From Robiginitomaculum sp. (GTDB taxonomy: Bacteria; Pseudomonadota; Alphaproteobacteria; Caulobacterales; Maricaulaceae), in contig JAESTZ010000063.1 of the NCBI GenBank assembly GCA_016763315.1, positions 2,539 to 66,538 on the forward strand: 64,000 nt of DNA, given 5' to 3'. Position 1 is the first letter of the stretch. The number at the start of each line of letters is the position of its first letter. The notes below the pieces were generated by a model. It did not search any database, was not told the DNA's origin, and saw only the letters and a program-made list of their open reading frames with translations. Positions 37,890 through 46,495 of the stretch are shown one piece after another. Position numbers and translations under genes: made by a program.

Positions 37890-38258
37890 ATGAGTAAAAT
37901 TAAATTTGACCAGACAATTACTTTGGCTTTTGCGGTAGCCGACCGCAAGAAGTCAATAAACTGGTATGAAAAGCATCTCGGGTTTTCGCTTATTTTCGAT
38001 GCTCCGGAAATTGGCTGGGCGGAAATGGCAACCAATGTTGACGGGGTCAGCGTTGGTTTTGGTGACACTGGAGAAGCAAAACCTGAAGGTTGTGTTCCAG
38101 TATTAGGGGTTGTTGACATAAATCAGGCGCGGCAGGTTCTAGAGAACGAAGACGTGCGTTTTGATGGCGAGACAATAACACATGACGGTATGGTGAAGCT
38201 GGCAACATTCTATGATCCAGATAATAATGCCTGGATGCTGTCGCAAAGTCTTGGTTAA
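37890..38258 (+). CDS. VOC (glyoxalase/bleomycin-resistance) family protein
   Basis: 122 aa with a beta-alpha-beta-beta-beta VOC-like sequence (S..WY...LGF......DPD.N). Confidence 0.75.
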   Translation: MSKIKFDQTITLAFAVADRKKSINWYEKHLGFSLIFDAPEIGWAEMATNVDGVSVGFGDTGEAKPEGCVPVLGVVDINQARQVLENEDVRFDGETITHDGMVKLATFYDPDNNAWMLSQSLG

Positions 38259-38304
38259 AATTACAAATGGGTTAGTGCGGATCAACCGGCATTACGAAAC
38301 TGGC

Positions 38305-38433
38305 TAAGGGTTCAGCTAAGGGTCACGCACCCTTATGCGATAACCCTCAAATAGCACTCATTAGCAAACACGTTATCTGCACTAAGGGTTAATTGGCAAA
38401 GATTGCACCCTTAACTACCCTTAGCTACCCTTA
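38305..38433. repeat. Array of seven TAAGGGT/ACCCTTA heptamers
   Basis: TAAGGGT occurs at 38305, 38317 and 38383. ACCCTTA occurs at 38329, 38407, 38417 and 38427. Spacings of exactly 12 bp (first three) and 10 bp (last three) are seen. Confidence 0.85.
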
Positions 38434-38706
38434 AACATTGGGGATAAGTTCTAACCATGCTCGTAATGGCCATGCTTGTTATAATGGTTTTGCAGATGGC
38501 TATAACAGGCCGGTTTGCGGCTGTTTGACATGGTGAATACATTATAAAGCCTAAGAAATATAGGTTTTCTCAAAGGCTTGCGTTAGCAATGCGTAAAAAT
38601 AACAATTTTTGCTGTGATTTTTTTTAAGGCTTATCCATTGGGGAAAGTCCACAAAACTGAAAACAGGTTTTATTTACAGTTGATTTTAGCGAAAAGAAGC
38701 CGAATT

Positions 38707-39306
38707 TTATTCGGTTGTTTCATTCGTAGCTTCGATCTTGGCTCTAGGGCGGCGCACCCGCCGGCGTACCACTGGAGCGACCGGTTCCGGCTCTGGTTTT
38801 GTGATAGTAGGAATTTCAGCCAAAACACTTTCCGGCAAACCGATTTCACTTGTGGCCGGTTGGTCTTTTACTTTGATTTTGCTGGTGCGGCGGGTAGAGG
38901 GCTTTTTGACAGGCTCTTCACTTGCTGGCTCAGCTGTAGGTTCTGGAGCTTTTGTTGTTTCTTGTTGTTGTTGCTCTGCTTGTCGCGCTGCTTTTCTAGC
39001 ATCATATTCGGCTTGCCGCGCGTCTCTTTGCGCTTTTTGCTCTTCTTCTCTCTTTTCGCGCTCTTGAAGCTGAGCTTGTACCAGACGGCCATAATGTTCG
39101 GCATATTGATAATAATATTCCGCGCCAACCCTATCACCAGCCGTGGTCGCATCATGAGCTAATTGAGTGTATTTTTCAAAAATGGTCGAAGCTGCACCAC
39201 GAACTTTGATACCGGGGCCGTTACTTTCTAACGCCTTATTCGGGTTGGGTTTTCTGTTCTGGTTTTGGTGTCTACCCTGATTATTTCTGGGGCGGCCGCG
39301 TTTCAT
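38707..39306 (-). CDS. DUF4167 domain protein
   Basis: The N-terminus RGRPRNNQGR...ESNGPGIKVRG.A..I.EKY..LA.DA...GDRV.AE.Y.Q.AEHY is the DUF4167 signature. The rest is a Glu/Gln/Arg/Lys-rich tail. Confidence 0.8.
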   Translation of the reverse strand: MKRGRPRNNQGRHQNQNRKPNPNKALESNGPGIKVRGAASTIFEKYTQLAHDATTAGDRVGAEYYYQYAEHYGRLVQAQLQEREKREEEQKAQRDARQAEYDARKAARQAEQQQQETTKAPEPTAEPASEEPVKKPSTRRTSKIKVKDQPATSEIGLPESVLAEIPTITKPEPEPVAPVVRRRVRRPRAKIEATNETTE

Positions 39307-39494
39307 GCTGTTATCCTTGTTATACTTTTAAGCAAAGCAATAATTGGTTAGTTTTAATTTCTAAAAATACATAATTCCAAATGAATTGTATGAAATTGTT
39401 GCTACTCGAAACCCTAAATTATATCGAGATCAGCAATTCGAGATGTTGTGAGTATTTTCACAGTTTCTCGGCTGCAACAAAGCTACCCTAGTAC

Positions 39495-39524
39495 GGCTTG
39501 ACGAAACTTCCAAGCCCTTTTTTT
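39495..39524 (+). terminator. Orphan plus-strand Rho-independent terminator
   Basis: GGCTTG-10 nt-CAAGCC followed by C and seven T. There is no plus-strand CDS upstream. Confidence 0.5.
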
Positions 39525-39572
39525 AGTTGCCTCTTTTACCTTCGATTTGCATTTCAACAACCAAAGCAAAAC

Positions 39573-40310
39573 TCAACGCTTACGTCCCCAGAGCATATCA
39601 ACCACAAATGATAATGCTATTAAAAAAGATACAACAAAAAAACCAATTATCTTCAGTTGAACGCTTTCCAAAACAAGAGAGATCAAGAACAAGAAATATA
39701 CATAAATAAAGACAAAATTAAAACCCTTGAAGGTTTCTATACCATTTGTAGGGCGGATTTTTCTACGCCGTTTTATTTTGAACCGTCGACGAAATCTAAC
39801 ACCAATTCTATGAAATTTCTTGTTTTTCCAAACACTTAAATGCCAAGCCCAACGTTCAATAAACATTCGCGAAGAAAAGAGCAACATACTACTCCAAAAC
39901 AAGCCAATGAAAATGTTGCCAACAGTAAGAGTCTTGGAAATAAATGCCTCAACTCCATTTTCAAATGAAAGAACAACAGAGACCAACACCCAAAAAACCA
40001 AGATAAATATCAAGGCACTTCTAAAAGACTCTATCCGGCGCAGTTTCTCACGAAACTTGTTTTTACGAACTGGTTCTGGCCATCTTTTTCCTAAGTTGTG
40101 AAAATAAATGCCTAAAAAGGGCAAAGAACCAGCAGCAAGCAATATCGCCAATATAATGCCAGACGTCTGTAATGCTTTTTCTGCACCGTCCTTGTTATAA
40201 CTGGCTAGTAATATCAATAACGGTATGCCCAGAAATACAACAGACAACATAATAGGAACCAAAGGCCCCTTGCCCATTTCCTGTTTGATCTGTTCAAAAG
40301 TAGACTTCAT
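39573..40310 (-). CDS. Hypothetical polytopic membrane protein in an AT-rich segment
   Basis: 245-aa ORF with about six hydrophobic helices and Arg/Lys-rich loops (RFRRRFKIKRRRKIR). I recognise no family, and the GC content is clearly lower than in the neighbours. Confidence 0.55.
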   Translation of the reverse strand: MKSTFEQIKQEMGKGPLVPIMLSVVFLGIPLLILLASYNKDGAEKALQTSGIILAILLAAGSLPFLGIYFHNLGKRWPEPVRKNKFREKLRRIESFRSALIFILVFWVLVSVVLSFENGVEAFISKTLTVGNIFIGLFWSSMLLFSSRMFIERWAWHLSVWKNKKFHRIGVRFRRRFKIKRRRKIRPTNGIETFKGFNFVFIYVYFLFLISLVLESVQLKIIGFFVVSFLIALSFVVDMLWGRKR

Positions 40311-40358
40311 TCAACAAACCTAGAGCTTTAGGTAATATAGAGCAAGTTGCGGTTGATT

Positions 40359-41273
40359 TCACTTGGGTTCATATAGTCCACTAACCACCCGATCACGACC
40401 TGCTAAATCTTGATGAATTTTCAAATCAGCAAAGTGACTTTGATTACGCAAAATCTCGGTGACATGTTTTGCTTGTGTGTGACCAATTTCAAGCGCGAAG
40501 CCGGCTTGTGGTTTGAGCCAGTTTTGCATTATGGCCACCAAACAGCGATAAGCATCAAGGCCGTCCTTACCACCGTCCAGTGCCACACTAGGCTCAAACT
40601 GAACCACTTCTGGCTCTAGGGCCGCCAGTTCGTCACTGGCGATATATGGCGGGTTGCTAACTAACATATCATAAGCCAATGCCGGTAAGTCATTCCAGTT
40701 ACTGCAAATAAAACTGGTTCGATCAGTCAAGTCGCAAGTTTTGGCGTTATGTGTGGCGACCTCTAATGCTTGGGCAGAAATATCAACTCCAATTCCTGTC
40801 CAGTTTGGACGCTCGGACAAAAATGCCAATAAAACTGCGCCAGATCCAGTACCAAGATCAATAATGGCTCCGGCTGCTTGATTTTTGGTCATTTCCAATG
40901 CGGTTTCAACCAGCTTTTCGGTATCTGCGCGTGGCGTAAGAACGTTGGAGTTTACTTTCAAATCCAGCGTCAAAAAACCCTTTTCACCCAAAATATGCGA
41001 TAGGGGTTCTCGGGATAAACGCCTTGCGACTAGTTGTGATAGTTCTTCTAACCGCTTGTTTTGCGGAAATTGCGTCGGATTAGCAATTTTTTGCCAAACA
41101 TCCTCGCCAAAAACAGCGGCCAGTAAATATCTGGTTTCTGTTCCTACGTCATCAATGCCGGCTAAAGTTAAGTGTTGTTGTAAATTTCGTGACAATTTGG
41201 CAAAGCTTAAACCTTCCCACTCATCGGTTAGATCAGCAGCTTTCAGCAATGGATCAAATACCGGCATCTTCAC
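40359..41273 (-). CDS. prmC: Release-factor glutamine N5-methyltransferase
   Basis: SAM motif [10 protein letters not shown] and catalytic NPPY (LVSNPPYI). The start is either the GTG at 41273 or the ATG at 41267, and both overlap the prfA 3' end. Confidence 0.9.
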   Translation of the reverse strand: MKMPVFDPLLKAADLTDEWEGLSFAKLSRNLQQHLTLAGIDDVGTETRYLLAAVFGEDVWQKIANPTQFPQNKRLEELSQLVARRLSREPLSHILGEKGFLTLDLKVNSNVLTPRADTEKLVETALEMTKNQAAGAIIDLGTGSGAVLLAFLSERPNWTGIGVDISAQALEVATHNAKTCDLTDRTSFICSNWNDLPALAYDMLVSNPPYIASDELAALEPEVVQFEPSVALDGGKDGLDAYRCLVAIMQNWLKPQAGFALEIGHTQAKHVTEILRNQSHFADLKIHQDLAGRDRVVSGLYEPK

Positions 41274-42348
41274 CGGATAATGCTGCCAGTTTGCGGGCTT
41301 GGTCTTCGGTCAATAAAGCATCAATTACATCGGCCAAGGCATCGCCAGTAATGATTTTGGGTAAATTATGAATAGTCAAATTGATCCGGTGATCACTAAC
41401 CCTGCCTTGCGGGTAATTATAGGTTCGTATCTTCTCCGAACGATCGCCAGAACCGACCTGATCTTTGCGTTCAGCAGCCATCGCCGCATCGGCTATGGCT
41501 CGTTCGCGATCATACAGACGCGCCTTTAGCACCAGCATTGCTTTGGCGCGGTTCTTGTGTTGTGATTTCTCGTCTTGCTGGCTGGCGGTAATTCCGGTTG
41601 GAAGGTGGGTGATTCGCACCGCCGAATCAGTAGTGTTGACCGATTGCCCGCCGGGGCCGGAGGCACGGAAAATATCCACCCGCAGGTCTTTGTCTTCAAG
41701 CACAATGTCTACGTCTTCGGGTTCTGGCAATACTGCAACCGTTGCCGCAGAAGTGTGAACCCGTCCTTGGGTTTCGGTGTCCGGTACTCTTTGCACGCGG
41801 TGTACGCCGCTTTCAAACTTAAAACGCCCATATACGCCGTTTCCGGTAATATTGGCGACGATTTCTTTGTAACCGCCATGATCACCGGCGGTTGAAGAAA
41901 CCGGACTTAATTTGAAGCCTTCTAATTGGGCAAAGCGCTGATACATGCGAAACAGATCACCGGCAAATAAAGCTGCCTCATCGCCGCCGGTTCCAGCTCT
42001 TATTTCCAGCATTATCGGTGCGTCACCGTCCTTGTCTTTGGGTAATAGCAATAATTGCATCTGGTGTTCTAGCTTCGGTAGGCCGCCAAGTAATTCTCGT
42101 CTTTCTTCTGCGGCCATTTCTCGCATTTCAGCATCGGTTTCAGCGTCTTGCAGTAATTCGTCTAGGTCTTTTATCTCTTGGTGTAATTGCTGTAATGCTC
42201 GTGCTGCATCAACAACTGGCGTTAATGCTGCGTGTTCTTTTGAAAGAGCAACAATCTCGACCGGATCAGTAACAGCGCCCATTCTGGCTTCTACTTCGTC
42301 AAACCTATCAACTACTTGAGCTAGTCGTTCTATGGATATTTTGCTCAT
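41254..42348 (-). CDS. prfA: Peptide chain release factor 1
   Basis: The GGQ loop [23 protein letters not shown] and the PxT region are present. The start overlaps the ispG stop by 4 nt. Confidence 0.95.
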   Translation of the reverse strand: MSKISIERLAQVVDRFDEVEARMGAVTDPVEIVALSKEHAALTPVVDAARALQQLHQEIKDLDELLQDAETDAEMREMAAEERRELLGGLPKLEHQMQLLLLPKDKDGDAPIMLEIRAGTGGDEAALFAGDLFRMYQRFAQLEGFKLSPVSSTAGDHGGYKEIVANITGNGVYGRFKFESGVHRVQRVPDTETQGRVHTSAATVAVLPEPEDVDIVLEDKDLRVDIFRASGPGGQSVNTTDSAVRITHLPTGITASQQDEKSQHKNRAKAMLVLKARLYDRERAIADAAMAAERKDQVGSGDRSEKIRTYNYPQGRVSDHRINLTIHNLPKIITGDALADVIDALLTEDQARKLAALSGEDAGI

Positions 42349-43466
42349 TTTGTGACCTTTTTACGCAATTCGCTTGCTCTTGTTTCAACCATATCCACCA
42401 AATGCTCTATCATGTCTTCATTGCTGGTTTTATGATCCTGTTTACCGGCAATATAAACCATTCCAGAACCGGCTCCACCACCGGTAAATCCGTAATCGGT
42501 AAACATTGCTTCACCGGGGCCATTAACCACACAGCCAATTATTGAAAGAGTGATCGGTTCTGCAATGTGCTCTAGTCTTTGTTCAAGAATTTCTACAGTT
42601 TTGATCACATCAAAGCCTTGTCTGGCACAAGACGGACAAGCAATTATGTTCAAGCCCCTTGTGCGAAGACCCAAGCTTTTAAGGATATCAAATCCGACTT
42701 TGATCTCTTCTACCGGATCCGCAGATAATGACACTCGAATGGTGTCACCAATGCCAGCCCATAATAGGCTTGAAATACCAAAAGTGGACTTTACCGTTCC
42801 AATTCTCCGCCCGCCAGCTTCGGTAACTCCTAGGTGTAACGGACAATCTACAGCTTCGGCGAGTTGCTGGTAGGCGGCAATAGTCAAAAACGGATCAGAT
42901 GCCTTTACTGATATTTTGTAGCGTTGAAAGTCATGATCTTCGAGAATATGCACATGACGCAAAGCGCTTTCAACCATAGCTTCTGGACATGGCTCACGAT
43001 ATTTTTCCAGTAAATCACGCTCTAATGATCCGCCATTTACGCCGATACGGATTGCGCAATCATTATCTTTGGCGGCTCTAATTACATCGCTTATCCGATC
43101 ATTGCTGCCAATATTTCCGGGATTGATCCGCAAGCAAGCTGCTCCGGCTTCTGCGGCTTCGATCCCTCTTTTGTAATGAAAATGTATGTCGGCGATCAAA
43201 GGTACTGGCGATTCTTGGGCGATTTGTGAAAATGCTTGCGTTGAAGCTGTGTCAGGACATGAAACCCGTACCAGATCCGCGCCGGCATCTGCAAGTTCTG
43301 TGATTTGTTCGACAGTAGCCTTAACGTCAGAAGTTAGCGTGTTAGTCATTGACTGCACAGATATAGGAGCATCACCCCCTATTGCTAAGCCGCCGACTAG
43401 AATTTGCCTTGATGGCCGTCGCCTGATTGTTCGCCATGGGCGAATGCTATGCAGTTCTTCGGACAC
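42345..43466 (-). CDS. ispG: 4-hydroxy-3-methylbut-2-en-1-yl diphosphate synthase
   Basis: [23 protein letters not shown] and the Fe-S block IACPSCAR...GCVVNGPGE. Confidence 0.95.
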   Translation of the reverse strand: MSEELHSIRPWRTIRRRPSRQILVGGLAIGGDAPISVQSMTNTLTSDVKATVEQITELADAGADLVRVSCPDTASTQAFSQIAQESPVPLIADIHFHYKRGIEAAEAGAACLRINPGNIGSNDRISDVIRAAKDNDCAIRIGVNGGSLERDLLEKYREPCPEAMVESALRHVHILEDHDFQRYKISVKASDPFLTIAAYQQLAEAVDCPLHLGVTEAGGRRIGTVKSTFGISSLLWAGIGDTIRVSLSADPVEEIKVGFDILKSLGLRTRGLNIIACPSCARQGFDVIKTVEILEQRLEHIAEPITLSIIGCVVNGPGEAMFTDYGFTGGGAGSGMVYIAGKQDHKTSNEDMIEHLVDMVETRASELRKKVTK

Positions 43467-43532
43467 TATTTTTCCAAGTTCTTGCTGTTCAAGAAATAAC
43501 TACTGCAGAAGTGGGAGTTTTTTAAGACAGCG

Positions 43533-44168
43533 TCAACCGTCTGTCGCTGCAATCTGCTCTGGTGAAGCTGGCTCAATATTTATTGCTGGAATATTTCGTA
43601 ATTCCGAACCTTGCGACCAAGACCCGAGCATTTCCGGAACTGCAGGAACATGGTTTTGCGTGGCCATGCTTCGTTGCCCGAACCAGCTAGCCAAAGCAAG
43701 CATACCAATTAGGGCTACAGTTAACCCAAACCCGCGCGGCACATTGAATTTAAGCCAAAACGGCGGTGACTTGATTAAAGCATCACGATGTTTGGTAGTT
43801 GTGGTTGCTCCATCAACTTTAAATAGATCAACGCTTTGTTGGGCATTAAAACCTAGATAATCGGCATAACAACGGACAAACCCTAGTGTATAAGTCTGGT
43901 GTGGAAGAGCGGCGCGATCCATTTCTTCGATGGCTTGTAAATATTCGGTATTAATTTTTAAATCAGCAGCAACTTGGAACAGCTCTAGGCCGGCACGCAA
44001 TCTGGCCTCACGTAAGGATTGTCCAATACAAACGCGTTCGCATTGTAGATTTGTTTCGGTTTTTCCCGTTTCGGAAAACACACCCGTTGCATCCATAATA
44101 GTTGCTCTTAATAATATTCCGCCTAAACAAGTATAGGCAACCCCCGTAGGTAAGTGGTTCTTTTCCAC
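43533..44168 (-). CDS. RodZ-like HTH membrane protein (short form)
   Basis: It has an XRE-type HTH (IGQSLREARLRAGLELFQVAADLKINTEYLQAIE), a single TM helix and a short tail. It sits upstream of ispG, as RodZ often does. The true start may be an internal Met. Confidence 0.6.
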   Translation of the reverse strand: MEKNHLPTGVAYTCLGGILLRATIMDATGVFSETGKTETNLQCERVCIGQSLREARLRAGLELFQVAADLKINTEYLQAIEEMDRAALPHQTYTLGFVRCYADYLGFNAQQSVDLFKVDGATTTTKHRDALIKSPPFWLKFNVPRGFGLTVALIGMLALASWFGQRSMATQNHVPAVPEMLGSWSQGSELRNIPAINIEPASPEQIAATDG

Positions 44169-44242
44169 TTCAGCGATGAATAAAAGCTTAATTACCGAAT
44201 CAATACAAGGGCTTTGCGGTAGAAAAACCTGATTAACTATAA

Positions 44243-46495
44243 TTAAAGGTTGATTTTCGCGGATTTAGCGAACGCTAGCAGTTTTTTACGCAAATTTGGA
44301 TTATTTTCACTCAGCCATACGTTAAGCTGGTTGGATAGTGCCCTGATATCGAGTGATAAAACAAGTTGTTTTAATGGGCCAATTGCTGAGGCTGTTACTG
44401 ATAACTGTCTAAAACCGAGTGCCAGCAAAAGGGCAGCATCTGCCCGTCTACCGGCCATTTCACCACAAATTGACACGGGAACATTATACTTCTTTGCTGT
44501 ATCAACTATTTGTCGCAACATTAAAACTGCACCTATGTGTAATGGATCATACCGCTCTGACACTCGAATGTTTTCTCTGTCGGCAGCAAAAAAATACTGC
44601 AATAAATCATTAGCTCCAACAGAGATGAAATCAGTATGCGGTAATAGTTGATCCAATTGCCAAACCATTGCCGGCGTCTCGATCATACAGCCAATTTTTA
44701 GTTCTTTCGGTAAATTGGTATGCCCGAATCGGTTTAGTCTCTGAACTTCTTTTTTCAATAATTCTTTGGCTTGCAAAAACTCATCAACTGTAGAAACCAA
44801 AGGAAACATAACTCGCAAGGTTTTGCCATTTGCAGCATTAAGCAAAGCTCTTAATTGATAGCGAAACATACCTGGACGATCCATGGCCATACGAATAGCT
44901 CGCCAACCAAGTGCCGGGTTTGGCTCACGAGCATGAGAGACATAAGGCAATACTTTGTCGCCGCCCAGATCAAGAGTGCGAAAGACCACCGGCTTGTCTG
45001 CCGCCGCCTTAAAAACATCTGAATACAGTTCAGTTAATTGCTGTTGCTTTGGCAATTGGTCTGCCAACAAAAACTGGAACTCTGTACGAAATAAGCCGAT
45101 ACCATCAGCCCCTGTGGTTTCAAGTTGCGGTAAATCAATCTTCAGGCCGGCGTTTAGAAACAATTCCACCCGTTGTCCGTCTACGGAAATAGCCGGCTTG
45201 TCTTTAAATTTAGAAAAAACTGCGCGACGTTGTTGGCGAACTCGCAAGCGCTCAATAAAGCTTTCTTTAGTTTCACTATCTGGGCGAATTTGTAATGATC
45301 CCGTCTCGGCATCAACTAAAAGCGTATTACCTTCTGAAATTGCAGCTAGTAGGCCGGGCAAGGCTCCAACAACCGGCAAACGCATTGCGCCGGCGACAAT
45401 TGCCGCATGAGATGTTCGAGACCCCTCCTCCAACACTAATCCCCGAAGTTTGCTGCGATCCAGCTCAAGTAATTCTGCTGGCCCGATATTACGTGCTACT
45501 AAAATAGTATCTTTAGGTAAGTTTAAAGCAACGTCTCCACCCAAATGACGCAACAGTCGATTAGTCAGGTCTTCAAGGTCGTGTAACCGTTCTCGTAAAT
45601 ACGGGTCTCTGGCTCGCAATAAACGGTGCCGGTATTCCCCGCGAACCCTTTCAACAGCAGCTTCTGCAGTAAGTCCGGCGCTTACTGCTTTGGATAACCG
45701 ATCAACCCAGCTTTGGTCATGGGCAAACATACGATAGGCATTCATTACTTCCCGTGTCGGTTCCCCGAACGCGTGGCCCTTGCCGGCAAACAACTGATCT
45801 AGTGATTTGCGTAAACCATCCAAGGCTGCCAGCATGCGAGTCATCTCAACTTCGGAGTCTTCTGCTATTCTTGACTCGCCTACTATGTGTGGCTCAAACA
45901 ATACCGCCTGACCCATTGCCAATCCGGATACGACACTCTTGCCCAAAATAGTCAGCGGTTGCAAAGGCCGAACAGGAACTCCTGCCAGCTCTTCGTGGCT
46001 TAGAAGCTCTCCTGAGGCTACGATTTCTGCCAGAACCATGGCTACATTTTGCAACGCTTCTACTGCATCGTGTGAAAACAATCGCTCTTGGTTATCTTGT
46101 ACCACCAAAACGCCCAGCAATCGTCTGGCGCGCAAAATGGGAACACCTAAAAAAGAGATAAAATCTTGTTCCATGGTTTCAGGTTGAAATGAAAATGCCT
46201 GATGCTCTTGTGCGTTTTTTACGTGTACCGGGCTAAGTTTTCTGGCAACCTCTCCAACCAAGCCCTCATTAGGTGCCAGTTTAATATTATGAATTGCTTC
46301 GGAGGCTAATCCTTTGGTTGCCCACAACTCCATTGAGTCATCGGAATGTCGTAAATAAATAGAACATACCTGTGCTTGCATATTAGCAGCAATTACCGAT
46401 ACTAATTTTTGCAAGCGCGGCCCAGCCTCATCGCGCATTGCCATAATATCGCGAATTTGCCGTAACATATGTTTTGGAGCAGATGATTGAATCAT
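44243..46495 (-). CDS. ptsP: Phosphoenolpyruvate-protein phosphotransferase PtsP (EI-Ntr) with an N-terminal GAF domain
   Basis: A GAF region is followed by EI blocks (GSRTSHAAI, GLFRTEF, the PEP-utilising C-terminus CGEMAG). Length is 750 aa, and it lies downstream of lysC as in other alphaproteobacteria. Confidence 0.9.
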   Translation of the reverse strand: MIQSSAPKHMLRQIRDIMAMRDEAGPRLQKLVSVIAANMQAQVCSIYLRHSDDSMELWATKGLASEAIHNIKLAPNEGLVGEVARKLSPVHVKNAQEHQAFSFQPETMEQDFISFLGVPILRARRLLGVLVVQDNQERLFSHDAVEALQNVAMVLAEIVASGELLSHEELAGVPVRPLQPLTILGKSVVSGLAMGQAVLFEPHIVGESRIAEDSEVEMTRMLAALDGLRKSLDQLFAGKGHAFGEPTREVMNAYRMFAHDQSWVDRLSKAVSAGLTAEAAVERVRGEYRHRLLRARDPYLRERLHDLEDLTNRLLRHLGGDVALNLPKDTILVARNIGPAELLELDRSKLRGLVLEEGSRTSHAAIVAGAMRLPVVGALPGLLAAISEGNTLLVDAETGSLQIRPDSETKESFIERLRVRQQRRAVFSKFKDKPAISVDGQRVELFLNAGLKIDLPQLETTGADGIGLFRTEFQFLLADQLPKQQQLTELYSDVFKAAADKPVVFRTLDLGGDKVLPYVSHAREPNPALGWRAIRMAMDRPGMFRYQLRALLNAANGKTLRVMFPLVSTVDEFLQAKELLKKEVQRLNRFGHTNLPKELKIGCMIETPAMVWQLDQLLPHTDFISVGANDLLQYFFAADRENIRVSERYDPLHIGAVLMLRQIVDTAKKYNVPVSICGEMAGRRADAALLLALGFRQLSVTASAIGPLKQLVLSLDIRALSNQLNVWLSENNPNLRKKLLAFAKSAKINL

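Noticed and set aside
38407-38433. CtrA boxes (TTAA-N7-TTAAC) within the ACCCTTA repeats
   Set aside because: The TTAA/TTAG elements are separated by 6 nt, not 7, giving a 10-bp rather than 11-bp period. The second half-sites read TTAGC and TTAAA.
38259-38706. RNase P RNA-like strings (GGAAAGTCC at 38642-38650, repeated TAAGGGT reminiscent of GGUAAGGGUGAAAGGGUG, GGCTTATC at 38628-38635) in the large gene-free gap
   Set aside because: For a type A RNase P RNA on either strand, the motifs are in the wrong 5'-to-3' order. AGGGTGAAAGGGTG and ACAGAA..CGGCTTA are absent. The region is AT-rich, with no obvious long-range P1/P4 pairing. A covariance-model scan would settle it, but I do not expect a hit.
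43186-43860. Long antisense ORFs in the six-frame track (for example 43186-43860, 35330-35905, 12872-13357, 38614-39162, 33773-34240, 15649-16104)
   Set aside because: Each lies entirely opposite a gene with strong family motifs. Their translations are compositionally odd (Ser/Ala/Pro/Arg- or Cys-rich) without motifs, which is typical of shadow ORFs.
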